From NCBI GenBank assembly GCA_025201805.1, contig MU619364.1, forward strand, positions 1-64,000: a stretch of DNA of 64,000 bases. The letters are read 5' to 3'. This stretch comes from Parasitella parasitica NRRL 2501 (Eukaryota > Fungi > Mucoromycota). The notes beneath the pieces were generated by a model that saw nothing but the letters and a program-made list of their open reading frames with translations, searched no databases and was not told where the DNA came from. This document shows positions 1 to 11,136 of the stretch, piece by piece (the stretch's first letter is position 1; each line of letters begins with the position of its first letter). The position numbers and the translations under genes are program-made.

Positions 1-81
1 GTGTTATAGTTTCAAGTTTATTGAACACCTCCTCCATATTTTTTTGGATCTCTAACAATTTCTAAAAAAATAATCAGCAAT

Positions 82-999
82 ATGCCCGAGTTTCAGCACC
101 CAACCGACATGAATCAGGTTACTGTTATCATGCAACAGTTACAACAACAACTTGCCTCTCTCTCTGAACGTGTTAATCAACATGATGGTATTTTGGCTCG
201 TCTCGATGCTTTGGAAAAGGAAAACCAAACATTGAAAAAAATTTTACAAGACAAGGATCTGGTCATTGAAAAATTGCAGGCTACGTCACAAGAATATGCT
301 AAACACACACCCATCAAGGGGGGATCTGGATCCACCACTACTGCTACTGCCACTACTGATCCTGCTACTATTAGCTATACTGCTATAGCTAAGAAGGCTT
401 CTCATCGCCCTGACCCTACCAAAGCTGCCAAGAGAAAGTTGGCTGCTGGTCGTCTCTTCAAAACGTCTGCTACAAAGGGTCCCCAAGGATATCAATATGT
501 CTATATTGGTAGATCTGGTAAGATTTTACGCTCTGAAATTCGACGCACACTCAAACAACTTGGTGTGGATACCTCTCGTATCTTGGATATCAACTTCCCT
601 GCATCTGAAGCTATTGGTATTCTTCTACATACCCAATATGTAAATGAATTCTTGTCTCTGCTCCGTGAAAGTGGATCGGAAATCTTGGCTGATTTTGACC
701 CATTCAATCCTGCTAATATTGCCGATCCCAAGTACGCTGACTACACTGAACACGATCGTATGGAACTCACTGCTGAGATGGTCAATACTCGTTGCGTCGA
801 TGCCCTGTCCCACATCCGCCCACTCAATGTGAGTAGTGTTGGCCGTTGGTTCTTGGAGCTCGGATGGATTGGTCAAGCCGAACTGGACGAAGCTGTTGCT
901 GATGCTATGGACCGACTCAAGAAAAAAGACCCCACCAAGGCTGCTTTTCTGTTCAAGCGTCGCCGTGGTACTTCCACTGATTCTGAGATGGAGCTTTAA
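82..999 (+). CDS. LINE ORF1 protein (N-terminal coiled coil, basic central region)
   Basis: Intronless 305-aa ORF with heptad-like QQLQQQLASLSERVNQHDGILARLDALEKEN, directly upstream of RT-bearing ORF2. Confidence 0.8.
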   Translation: MPEFQHPTDMNQVTVIMQQLQQQLASLSERVNQHDGILARLDALEKENQTLKKILQDKDLVIEKLQATSQEYAKHTPIKGGSGSTTTATATTDPATISYTAIAKKASHRPDPTKAAKRKLAAGRLFKTSATKGPQGYQYVYIGRSGKILRSEIRRTLKQLGVDTSRILDINFPASEAIGILLHTQYVNEFLSLLRESGSEILADFDPFNPANIADPKYADYTEHDRMELTAEMVNTRCVDALSHIRPLNVSSVGRWFLELGWIGQAELDEAVADAMDRLKKKDPTKAAFLFKRRRGTSTDSEMEL

Positions 1000-3900
1000 T
1001 GTCTCTCATCAATGAATCATGGTCTGGTAATGTAAGTAATGTATCTGTCCCCCCAGTTTTTGTCTCTCTCTCCCTATGGAATGCGAATGGTCTTCGTCAA
1101 ACAACAGTTCATGATGTTATTTCTCATATTCTTGATACTCATGTTCTGTTTGTCACTGAAACTTGGCTCACTTCTGGTTCTTACCCAATTGACTGGTCTC
1201 AGTATCACTTGTATGGTTCGAAAGTACCTGGTGCTTTCAACCGTGGCTCTGGTGGTATCTCTGCTTTTGTCTCTCCCTCTTGTCCTTTTATGGTCTCCCA
1301 ACTCCCGTCCTACAACCCGCACACTCTGTCCCTCAAGGTTGGCACCCTTACGGTTCATTGTGTTTACCTACCACCACCCCTATCATCTGATAGGGTGCTC
1401 TCGACTCTCAACTCTCTGCCTCTGACTCAAGATACTGTTCTGTGGGGCGACTTTAATGCTAGGTTGGGTCCTTTGACTGGGGATTCTACCTCCAATGCTC
1501 GAGGAAATGCTCTCAAACCTTGGTTTGATGAACATTGTTTGTCTGTACTCAATGCATCTTTAGCGTTTGGTGTGAAGACATACTCTTCTTTCCGGCAGCA
1601 GCAGGAATTGAGTAGCATCATTGATCTGTTCTTGACAAACATTGGGGAGTCTGCCTTTTTGGATGCTCAGCTGGTGGTTGAGTCTGACTTGTCTCTTGGT
1701 TCTGACCATCGATTGATGACACTTACTTTTGGGTATGTGGCTGATGTTGGTGAAACTGTGGCTCCTGGTGATACTGGTCTGGCTCCTAGGCGTCAGTGGA
1801 AGCTCTCGAAATTGACGAAAGAGAAGCCTTTGGGCTTACTCTGTGAATCCTTTCGATCTTCAGTGTCTCCTCTGGTTGGTACTCTGTCTGGTTTGGTGTC
1901 TGCTCCCCCTGGCGTTCGTCCTGACATAGATGCACTCAACGATTCTTTGAATCAATGTTTGTATGAATGTTTGGATAGCTCAATAGGTGTGAAATCTGGT
2001 CGTCCTGGCCATTGGAAGAAGTACTGGACCCAAGAAATCCAAGATGCTGCTACTGAACGGGATCGTCTTTACAGTCGATGGCGGTATGCCTTAGGGTATA
2101 CTAAGATTGATTGCTGGGTCTTATACAAGCAAGCCCATCGACGGTTTCGCTCTCTGATACAAGCTGCTAAGCGCCGGTCGTGGCAAGCGTTCTGTGGTGC
2201 TCTGGAACGAGACTTTTCAAAAGCTACTGCTGCAATCAAACGCATTAAACGCAATAAAGAGTCTTCATCTACATACAGTCACCCCGACGGTCCTGCTGCT
2301 TCTGTTGCTACTATGGGCTCCCATTTGGCTACGGTCTACGATGGTGCTCTATTAGATACTGCTTCTCGTCCTGCTTCTGTTACATCAATGGTCTCTGATT
2401 TGCCTTTCTGCCTCCCTGCGGACATGTCCTTGTTTGATACTGATACCTTGGTATCATGTATTAAACGTCTGCCGACGCATAAAGCTCCTGGTCCCGACCA
2501 CATCAAAGCTGAGATGTTAAAAGCTCTGGTTTCAGAAATTGCCCCCGTGCTCTCTCTGCTGTTTAATCTCTGCTACCAATGGTCGTATACTCCTGGTTTA
2601 TGGCGACAAGCTCAGGTGTTTCCCATTTTCAAAAAGGGTGATGCTTCAGATCCTGGTAACTATCGACCAATTTCGCTCACTTCGGTGGTGCGTAAGTTGT
2701 TTGAATTCTGTCTCATGCCGGCTCTGGATGAACACTCCCCTGCTCTGGATATTGCTCAAGGTGGCTTCCGTCCTCAACGTAGTCCTCTGGATCAAGCCCT
2801 CTGCCTGCATGACTTGATGCATGATTACTTTCTGACTCACCGTCGCTATCCTGTGGTGGCTTTCTTGAACATTAAGTCAGCGTACGATACTGTCGATCGA
2901 AGGGTCATTTGGAAAGCTCTCTCTGGTTCTACACTACCTCGTCCTGTTCTTGGTCTTTTGATGAACATGTTTGACGATGTCTCGGTCTCAGTCTTGATTG
3001 CCAATCATACCTCTGCTGCTTTCTCTCCTGTTACAGGTGTACTTCAAGGCTCGGTGCTCAGTCCCCATCTGTATTCGTTGTATATCAACTCTCTACCGAA
3101 TCTTTTGCGTTCTGTTGATACTGGTGCTACGATGGTGACTCCCCCTGGTGCTAGTGGCCCTATTGCCATTAATAGTTTGCTCTTTGCTGATGATGTTGCT
3201 ATCTTTGGGTCTTTGTCTAGTGTCCAGTCCATGTTGGACCTTGCTGCCGAACACTCTGTCTGTCTTGGATATAGGTGGAACCCATCTAAATGTGCTGTGC
3301 TTGGGTCTCCTGCTGCCCTCTCTGATGCTAGTCTGACTCTATACGATGAACCGCTACCTTTGGTAGACGAGTTTGTGTACCTTGGCATGCCTTTTAGATA
3401 TAAAGGATTACATGCTCCTAGTATCTTGTCTCTGCGGTCTGCTGGTGCTGTTAAGGTTATGGCCCTGTTGAATTCTGTTGGTGTCAACCGTAATGGTTTC
3501 TCTCTGCTGCTCTGTTCTCGTCTATACAAGGCTTTCGTTAGACCCAAGATTGAGTATGGCCTCGCTATATCTCATCCTGACTATCGTACCTTTGAGGCTT
3601 TTGATAAGCTCCAAAACCGGCTGGTTGGTATGTTCGTGGGTGGTTCTTGGTTCCATGTTGCTAAACACATTACCTGTCTCCCTTCAATGAAGCATCGGTT
3701 TAATGTCCTGGCAACTAGGTATGCCCTTCGTTCTGAGACTCTACCTGAGGATAGTCTTGTGGTGGTTCTGCGTGGTCCGCTGTCGTACACTCGACTGGAT
3801 CGGTACATCTGTGAAAACAGTTTGTATAGATCTCTGCCTGACCCTGTTCCTTCTATTGCTGGTCTCAAGACTCACTTCTCTGACTACTGGCAAGATCAGG

Positions 3901-4358
3901 TGGATCAACAACTGGCTGCTGCTGCTACTACTGGTAAACATGTCTTGCTTCGTGCGTGCCGTCCCTCTGTCTCTCGCCCTGATCCCATACTGTATTTAAC
4001 TATTGGTAGATCTGCTCGCAGTCGTTTGGTTCGTTGGCGTCTTGGTCGTTTTGCAAACATGCGTGAGGATTGCCACTGCATGGATGGATCTTTTATCTCT
4101 CGAGATCACTTCCCTTACTGTCGTGCTTTGGATTGTAATCTTTGGGATGCTCTGCCTGCTGCTCCTCCTGGTGTTCATGTCATTGACAATGCTCTTAACA
4201 TGCTGCCTCTACGTGGTTCTGCTGATCCTCCAGTCTACTGGCCTGCGTTGCTCTCATTGCTCCATGCAATTGACTGTCTAGTACACCCTTTGGCTACTAT
4301 TGCTCCTGATCCCGACCCTGGATCATTGTGGTTCTATCCTCCTCCCTCTCGCGGCTAA
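999..4358 (+). CDS. LINE ORF2: APE endonuclease, reverse transcriptase and C-terminal CCHC knuckle
   Basis: APE motifs WNANGL, VTETW, GDFNA, IDLFL, SDH; RT motifs KAPGPD, YRPISL, QGGFR, GVLQGSVLSP, FADD, YLG; C-terminal CHC...H...C. Confidence 0.95.
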   Translation: MSLINESWSGNVSNVSVPPVFVSLSLWNANGLRQTTVHDVISHILDTHVLFVTETWLTSGSYPIDWSQYHLYGSKVPGAFNRGSGGISAFVSPSCPFMVSQLPSYNPHTLSLKVGTLTVHCVYLPPPLSSDRVLSTLNSLPLTQDTVLWGDFNARLGPLTGDSTSNARGNALKPWFDEHCLSVLNASLAFGVKTYSSFRQQQELSSIIDLFLTNIGESAFLDAQLVVESDLSLGSDHRLMTLTFGYVADVGETVAPGDTGLAPRRQWKLSKLTKEKPLGLLCESFRSSVSPLVGTLSGLVSAPPGVRPDIDALNDSLNQCLYECLDSSIGVKSGRPGHWKKYWTQEIQDAATERDRLYSRWRYALGYTKIDCWVLYKQAHRRFRSLIQAAKRRSWQAFCGALERDFSKATAAIKRIKRNKESSSTYSHPDGPAASVATMGSHLATVYDGALLDTASRPASVTSMVSDLPFCLPADMSLFDTDTLVSCIKRLPTHKAPGPDHIKAEMLKALVSEIAPVLSLLFNLCYQWSYTPGLWRQAQVFPIFKKGDASDPGNYRPISLTSVVRKLFEFCLMPALDEHSPALDIAQGGFRPQRSPLDQALCLHDLMHDYFLTHRRYPVVAFLNIKSAYDTVDRRVIWKALSGSTLPRPVLGLLMNMFDDVSVSVLIANHTSAAFSPVTGVLQGSVLSPHLYSLYINSLPNLLRSVDTGATMVTPPGASGPIAINSLLFADDVAIFGSLSSVQSMLDLAAEHSVCLGYRWNPSKCAVLGSPAALSDASLTLYDEPLPLVDEFVYLGMPFRYKGLHAPSILSLRSAGAVKVMALLNSVGVNRNGFSLLLCSRLYKAFVRPKIEYGLAISHPDYRTFEAFDKLQNRLVGMFVGGSWFHVAKHITCLPSMKHRFNVLATRYALRSETLPEDSLVVVLRGPLSYTRLDRYICENSLYRSLPDPVPSIAGLKTHFSDYWQDQVDQQLAAAATTGKHVLLRACRPSVSRPDPILYLTIGRSARSRLVRWRLGRFANMREDCHCMDGSFISRDHFPYCRALDCNLWDALPAAPPGVHVIDNALNMLPLRGSADPPVYWPALLSLLHAIDCLVHPLATIAPDPDPGSLWFYPPPSRG

Positions 4359-4631
4359 CTGAGATGAAAGTTTGGTAGATTGCCTTCTTTGTGCGGTGCC
4401 TCGGTGGTAAGTCCAATCAAAGTTCCCATCCGTTGGTTCATCCCTCAAGATCAATCGTACCACTACAAGTAGTCTTCTGCTCTTTTACCACCATCTCAAA
4501 CCTTTTCCCTCATCTTTCCGTCGTCTCTGTTGAGGTTTTCTTTCTTTAGTCTAGATAATTATTACTAGTTTTATGGCATATGCTCATATCGAGTGCCCAA
4601 TTATAAAACATTGTATAATACAAATAAAAAA

Positions 4632-5661
4632 CAATCTTAAACTGAGCTATACCCGCATTTCTTTCGTTTTTTCTTCACTTTTCGCCACCCTATCCTGGTA
4701 GAAACACTTTCACTTCAACAAAAAACGTATTTTCTCGACAGTCAGCAACGCAATCAACTCGAAATTATACCAATATACTTGCCTTATATTAGAGTATCTT
4801 GCTTTATAGTTTCAGCCTTGTCGAACAACTGCTTCATATGATGTGTCAATTTCCCAACCGGAAGTCAAACTCAAGTAAACTCAATCCTGAACACAATTCA
4901 GGAACATATCCCAATGAATCATGTTCCTTATTTATAACTCAAAATGACATGTTCATGGACAATAGATACAATCTATTATTCCATTCTCTAAATCACATCA
5001 TGTCTCACACTTGTATCTTATCCTCCCATCAGTCCACTTAGATTCACTAGCATATAAACCATCATTTTTCCATGTAATAAACGAGATCTTTACCTGATTA
5101 ATTCACAACCGTTTTATTTGAATAATTCTCATTCTGATAAATCACCGTCCAAGTGTAGTTTGATCCATTGCTCCTTTTTTCTACCTGCTGCTGTCTCCTC
5201 TAATACGCTTGTTTCGTTTGTCTTTTCTTGTCTTTTCCTTTCTTTTGTTTCTTTCTCTTTGGTCTCTGCTCTCCGTTCTTTCGTTGCATTTCATATGTAA
5301 TAATCTGTCCGTCTCTCCTTTTTCTCTCGCTTTTTTGTGCTTTCCCAGGTTGCGTCTGTTAGTTTTGTTTGTGCTGCTGTATGCCGGTCGAGGTCTCCTC
5401 TATTGCACTTTGATAATACACGACTACTTCTCTTTCAGCCCTCCTTCTTCTTTGTTCTCGTACTCCTTTTTCCTGACATTACAAATTTTTGTAAGATTAT
5501 TTCTTAGGACTGACCGTACTTTTTTCTTTTTTGATATCATGCCGACGATGCCTGATCGGATCAGTATCTTATTTTTTAATCTTTTTTTATTGTAATAGAT
5601 TCTCTTAGTATAGCAACTTATGATCATATCGATTCCTGCATTATATACTATTAGTAAAATT
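4632..5661 (+). mobile_element. Degenerate, internally deleted LINE relative (about 1 kb) retaining 5' and 3' ends
   Basis: Starts with caatcttaaactgagctataccc; 4801-4850 resembles 1-50; its 3' end (tatgatcatatcga) resembles the LINE 3' end (tatgctcatatcga, about 4580). Confidence 0.6.
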
Positions 5662-6030
5662 CAATCTTAAACTGAGCTATACCCATTTTTTCGTTTTTTC
5701 ATCACTTTTGTTTTACTTTTCGGTTAAACGTTTTACTCTTCTACAAAAACGAATTTTCTCAACCTTAGTGATAGTCTATGTGTTATATTTTCAGTATCGT
5801 CGAACACCTGCTTCATATTTTTTTAAATTTTAAAAATTTATAAAAATACACCGCCATGGACAACCATTTACAGCATTTGGACATTAATCAGTTTTCTTTA
5901 TTACTGCAACAACTTTGAAAACAACTTACTTTGGTAAGAGAGAAAGTTAATAACCATGATGAGCTTCTCGGGCTTACTCTGAACACTAACATTGAAAAAA
6001 GATACCTTTTCTCAGACGATGACGCATAAA
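5662..6030 (+). pseudogene. 5' fragment of a third LINE copy with decayed ORF1 start
   Basis: Same 23-bp start motif and 5' UTR homology. From 5856 it reads MDNHLQHLDINQFSLLLQQL*KQLTLVREKVNNHDELL, against ORF1 MPEFQHPTDMNQVTVIMQQLQQQLASLSERVNQHDGIL. Confidence 0.7.
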
Positions 6031-6992
6031 AGCAATATAAATCTTATTTTTTCCAATTTACCGACAATCAAGAGAAATATAATTTATTGATGTTATCGTA
6101 CCCTAGTACAGCACCAATAAGGGTCATACTGTTCTGATTTTATGGTGCGTAGTTAATTTTATCTACCACTTTGCCAAGGTAATATAACTAAAAATAGAAA
6201 CCGTTGTAATACTAGCATGTCAAGCATGCTACGCTGCGGTAATGGTGCCAGCAATCGTATATGAGATCTAGCTGCAGAAATGTAGAGTAAAGAGGACATC
6301 TGTTGGAATGGTAAGTTCCTAAGCAATAGCGATGATAAACCCTAGTATCTATAGTATCTACCGTAGCATTCTGTATCATCGCGAATATCAATACTAATGA
6401 AAAGGAAATGTATAATGCTGCAGTGCAATACGGTACGAAAATAAATAATAAAAACCAGTTTTTATGCCTAAAAAATCAAAATATTATGCCCAGAAATATG
6501 CTATTTAATGGGGAAAAGAAGCCTGACGTTTTAATAATTAGATATTCTCATGGCACCCTCGACACTCTCATATGAGCGGCTGTTCTCATGAGAGCGTCGA
6601 TGCTCTGAATTACCGTTACATTGAGCGCATCGTAAAAATAGGCTCATATGAGACCCATCTAGAACATCCATTGGGCCATAGTGCTCACACGTTTAGCTGT
6701 TCTCGAGCAATAGATGCAATTTCTAGATGCAGTTTCGATCTTAAATAAAGTATCTTCAAGTATTTGTATCTCGTTAACCTTTGGTTTTTATTATCTTTTT
6801 TGATCCAACAAGGGATCAATGTAATTTTATATAGTTGGTAGTAATTTAGCATAAATAATCAGGCAAAACAAATGCTATCTTTTTGTTTCACTATGAAGAG
6901 AAGTTTTTTATATACTGGATATGAAATCAATGGATTTGGTGTAAAACAAGCACTACAGTTGGTTTTATTTGCCATAAGAAGAATCGAAGGGG

Positions 6993-8582
6993 TCAAGCGT
7001 ATTCCGTAAATCTAGTATGTCCTGTTGCCTAATAATAGTTAGTATATGGAGTGTATATTCAAGACAATAATTATGAAATCTTACTGTCGCATGGTTTTGT
7101 GCATCTGCAAATATAATAAAAAGCCAAGTGAATTCTCTGATCTATGATGTATACATGGTAAAATTACCTTTTTCTCCTTTCAAACCAGTATTGCATTGCT
7201 CACACTTTATTGTGAAATTTGCGATATCCGTGAATTTACGACTCTATTTGAATGTTTGCGATAAATGAATCCAATAACAATTCATCGAGTCCTTGGAAAT
7301 GATAAATACCTTCCTTAGCCCATCAGTCAATTCCTTGGCTGCATCCAGCATAAAATCTGCATCAACAGAAAATCTGGTCTGATCAAAATCGGAAGAACTA
7401 TCAACAGATGGTGCTAGTGCCAAAGCATCGTAATCTACCCAGATAATTAGATGCATGAACAACTTTTGAGAACATATATATATGCCAGCTTACGGATACC
7501 GCTGTAAACAATCAAAACTCGTTGCTCAAAAGATCCTTCTCCAAATTTATCAATGCGGCCAGTTTGGACATCGATACTATCAATTTCTTAAGGCATACGT
7601 GTCAAAATAAACAAGAAAGATATTGTATACATGCATTTACCAACACCAAAGTGATCAGAAAAGATTGCAAGCTCTGCTTTAGAACGAATTATTAGTACAG
7701 CCCATATTATTCAGAGCTTTCCCTACCGATTGCGCCGCCCCATGAAGTTGGTTTTTGAATCCATTCCATGTACTTTTCTAAAAATCTGTTAATACTTTGT
7801 TGGTTCAATGTGTCATGTCATAAGCTAACCTCTTGACTGTCCCAATGTGGCATCAGAATATATATCTGGATCATTATTTATACCGTCCACAATCACTGAT
7901 GAAAATTTAATAATGCTAATTTTAGTGAGTAAACAGTGTCATTGTACCTTTCCTTAGCTCTGGAGATATTGTTGTGTCCCTTTGCATTACATAGCTACAA
8001 TATATTGTTTAGATTTTTATTAATGCAAAGACGTCTCAGTTGTTACCCTGATTAGACTCATTAGTAAGTGCGGTTGCCAAAGTCCTGTGTCTATTACCTA
8101 TTGATCTGAACAAACATGAGTTATCATCATCCATAACCTAATTAATGCCGTTTAGTAAGAGCCTTTGTGTTCTGAGCAAAATAAATATACAAACTCTTAA
8201 TTGTAAAACTCCATCCGCCGTTTGCACGGAGCCTTCTTTAAGGGTTTTCGAAACGCCAGTAATTGGTTGCTGAGGCTGTTCAAGAGGAATTGCATCCAAA
8301 ACTTTGATATTAAGAGTATCACCGTCTCGTAATCCAGCATCTGTCAGTTTGATATTCATATCGGTAAATTGCTTTGGTGGATAAGCTCCTGAAACTATAT
8401 GGTGCAAAATATGCATTAATGACAATATTAATATCAATGAGATTCTTTTTACTTTGAATGTCTTGAGTATTATCGACATGAATTGTATTCCTAATAATGT
8501 CTTTCAAGGTGGAAACCGTTTGATTTTGATTCACATCCGGAAGAGTTACTGTTCCTTCAGAGTGTCTTATACGTAATCTCAT
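6993..8582 (-). CDS. OTU1: OTU1/YOD1-type deubiquitinase (UBL, OTU, C2H2 Zn finger), multi-exon
   Basis: Spliced translation gives MRLRIR (UBL), GAYPPK, DDDNSCLFRSIGY (catalytic Cys), WGGAIELAIF, YSGIHYDAL (catalytic His) and CEQC...AQNHATATGHTRFTEY. Confidence 0.93.
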
Positions 8583-8713
8583 AATACGAGCAAAAGAAGA
8601 GTCTCCAAATTACCATTTCTTCCGACACTGATTTGTCTTGTTGCTTTGGTGACGACGTGTATTAGTTACAATTTTTTTCCTTTGCCTCTCTACATTACTA
8701 TTATATCTTGAAC
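8583..8713. promoter_or_regulatory. Probable bidirectional promoter between OTU1 and RTF1
   Basis: Only 131 bp separate the divergent ATGs. Confidence 0.5.
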
Positions 8714-10581
8714 ATGGACAACATCGACGATCTTATTCTTTCATTAACTGATAAACAAGCCGAAGATGCTAGAAGAAAAGATCACACGTCAAATAGTTCC
8801 TCTAAAAAGTCAAAGAAATAGTATGTCTCTATTTTTTTTTCGTTTTTCGAGGTTCTTTAACTTTTGTAGTAGCTTATCCGAATCAGAAGATGACGAAGGT
8901 GGTTACTCAGATGAGGATGATGTAGGCATTGATGACGATGAAGATATGGAGGACATTGATGAATACGGCCCTGATTTGTACAAAGATGAAGAGGATCGCA
9001 GAAGGTGAGACAACACATCAAGGAAATCGCCAAAGTTACTAAATCTTGATAGATTGCAAGCACTTCCTGAAGTCGAAAGAGAGAGAATTCTTGCTGAACG
9101 TTCAGAAGAAAGACAAAGAAACCTCGAGCGTCTTGAAGTCAGAAAATTGCTTAAAGATGGACGTAGAGACGATGCCACAAGACGTAAGACGATTTGGCTT
9201 AATACGTTGTTTTGATATTCATGATAGAATTCTAGGTTCTACTCGTACGAAAGGAAGCGGTACATCGAATGCTCTTTCAGAATTGACCAGACGCAGAGAA
9301 GAGAAGAGCAAAATCAGAGGCAAACGCCATCGAGATTCGCCTAGTCCAGATCGAAAGAGGCGTAGAAGACATGGTAACCAAAGCGATTATGAATATAGCG
9401 CGGAAGAGTATAACGATTCAGAGGAAGAGACTGAAAAGAAGGTATTTTCACCTTTGCACTCAGAGATATCAGAGTTCTAACTTATTGCATAGGCCAAGAA
9501 GAGAGCACCCAACCTGGAAGAAATTCAATCTGTGTCTATTTCAAGAAATATGATTGAAAAGTGGATATTTGCTCCATTTTTTGAAAATACTGTCATCGGT
9601 ATAATCGCAGTGTACAATCATAGCCTTTTCGATTATTAACATATATTGCATAGGGTGTTTTGTACGTTTATATATTGGTCCTGATCCACAAAAAAAGACG
9701 CCTGTCTACAGACTCTGTCAAATTATTGATGTTGTTCCATGGCATAAGACATACAAAGTAACTGAGAACGCGTTTAGTAACAAGGCATTAAAAGTGAAGC
9801 ACGGTAAAGCAGAGAAAGATTTCTCCATGGACATTGTATCAAATCAGCCTGTAACACAGCAAGAGTTTTCTCGTTTCTTAACAACATTGGAAAGCGATCG
9901 TGTTCGTGCGCCGAGTATTGATCAAATTGAACAGAAACTGGTCGATTTAAAACAAGCCAAAGAGTACGTTTTAAATGACAAGGAAGTAAATGAGATGATT
10001 GAAAAGAAGAAGGCGGTCAAGGGCTCATCTGTAAACGCTGCTATGGAGAAAGCTCAATTACTGGCACGTTTGGAACATGCGAAGGCACACAACGAAGTTG
10101 ACAAAGTGTTGAAGTTATCAAGGGAATTAAAAGATTTGGACGAAAGAGTCGCACTTGCCGAAGGCGCACAACAAAATGTTTGGGCTGATATCAATAGTAG
10201 AAACAGAAACAGAGACAAGATTGAAGTCCATGAAGCTGAACGTCGTGCCACTGAGGCCAGAAGAAAAGCATTATTGGAAAACACAAAGGCTGCTGCTGCC
10301 GCTGCCGCCGCTGCCGCCGCCGCTACCACCGCTGGCACTACGATAGAAACGTAAATACATTATAATCTCTGCTTTAAACAATTGATTTACAAACTCATTT
10401 AAATAGAGCTTCTGATTCCTCCTTGATGCCCATGGAACAATCAACTAAGCCGTTGGCTAACTTGGTTACATTAAGTAAACATGCATTGAATGTTGGAGAA
10501 GCAACATCTCATCAAACTGAATATGAAAAGCTAGTGAGCAAAGTAGCATTAGAAATTCGTATCCAACTTTTGGATGAATGA
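8714..10581 (+). CDS. RTF1: RTF1 (Paf1 complex subunit, Plus3 domain), multi-exon
   Basis: YGPDLYKDEEDRRRLQALPEVERERILAER; Plus3 core GCFVRLYIG...VYRLCQI...HGKAEKDFSMDIVSNQP; WADINSRNR. Confidence 0.9.
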
Positions 10582-11136
10582 ATCAATATTTGGAAACATG
10601 TATGAAATAAAATGTTCTTCAAGTCTGTTTGGGTTTGGCTGTGTGTTATTTCACTCAGGCACACAATGCAAGGATAAGGTTCACCAAGTGAGTGAGAGAC
10701 ACCTGATATTTCATAAATGCTAGCCAAAAAGTCATGATCCGACAATGAAAGTGATGCTAGATTGATGCTTAATCCGTGTCGTCTGCATTGAATAAGCTAA
10801 AAAAACATAAGATTCAAGAATTTCTAGCACATGTTGTGATGTTTTATCTACATCGTAGAGTGTGTAATGGTTCAATGTCAAGGGTTTCTATGCCTATCAT
10901 ATACTGTAGGATGCGGGAGAGTTTAATCGCACTGCCATATATATGTGCCAGTAGTTTAAAGATACCAATTGACACGATTTTATCCATAATATCTCTTTGT
11001 GAACGCATGGTGGTGCCTTCGTATTTACGTGACTTTTTTAGCAACCAGACCAAAGGCCAACCATACTTTGTGAACGGGTATGTCTGTTGCTTCTTTCTTA
11101 CATTTTAAACCAAACGTCCTTGACTGTGGTAATTAA

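Larger units (their letters stand above)
1..4631 (+). mobile_element. L1-like non-LTR retrotransposon (LINE), nearly full length; 5' end lies upstream of the window
   Basis: Two long ORFs in LINE arrangement, a 3' UTR and an A-rich tail (caaataaaaaa, 4621-4631). The 5' UTR segment 1-81 is homologous to 4801-4850 and 5779-5856. Confidence 0.92.

Noticed and set aside
5041-5627. Hydrophobic ORFs suggesting membrane proteins
   Set aside because: Pyrimidine-rich decayed LINE sequence gives spurious F/L/S-rich frames.
6545-6710. CTCAT/ATGAG-rich imperfect palindromes as an ncRNA or MITE
   Set aside because: Too degenerate; no definable termini or TSD.
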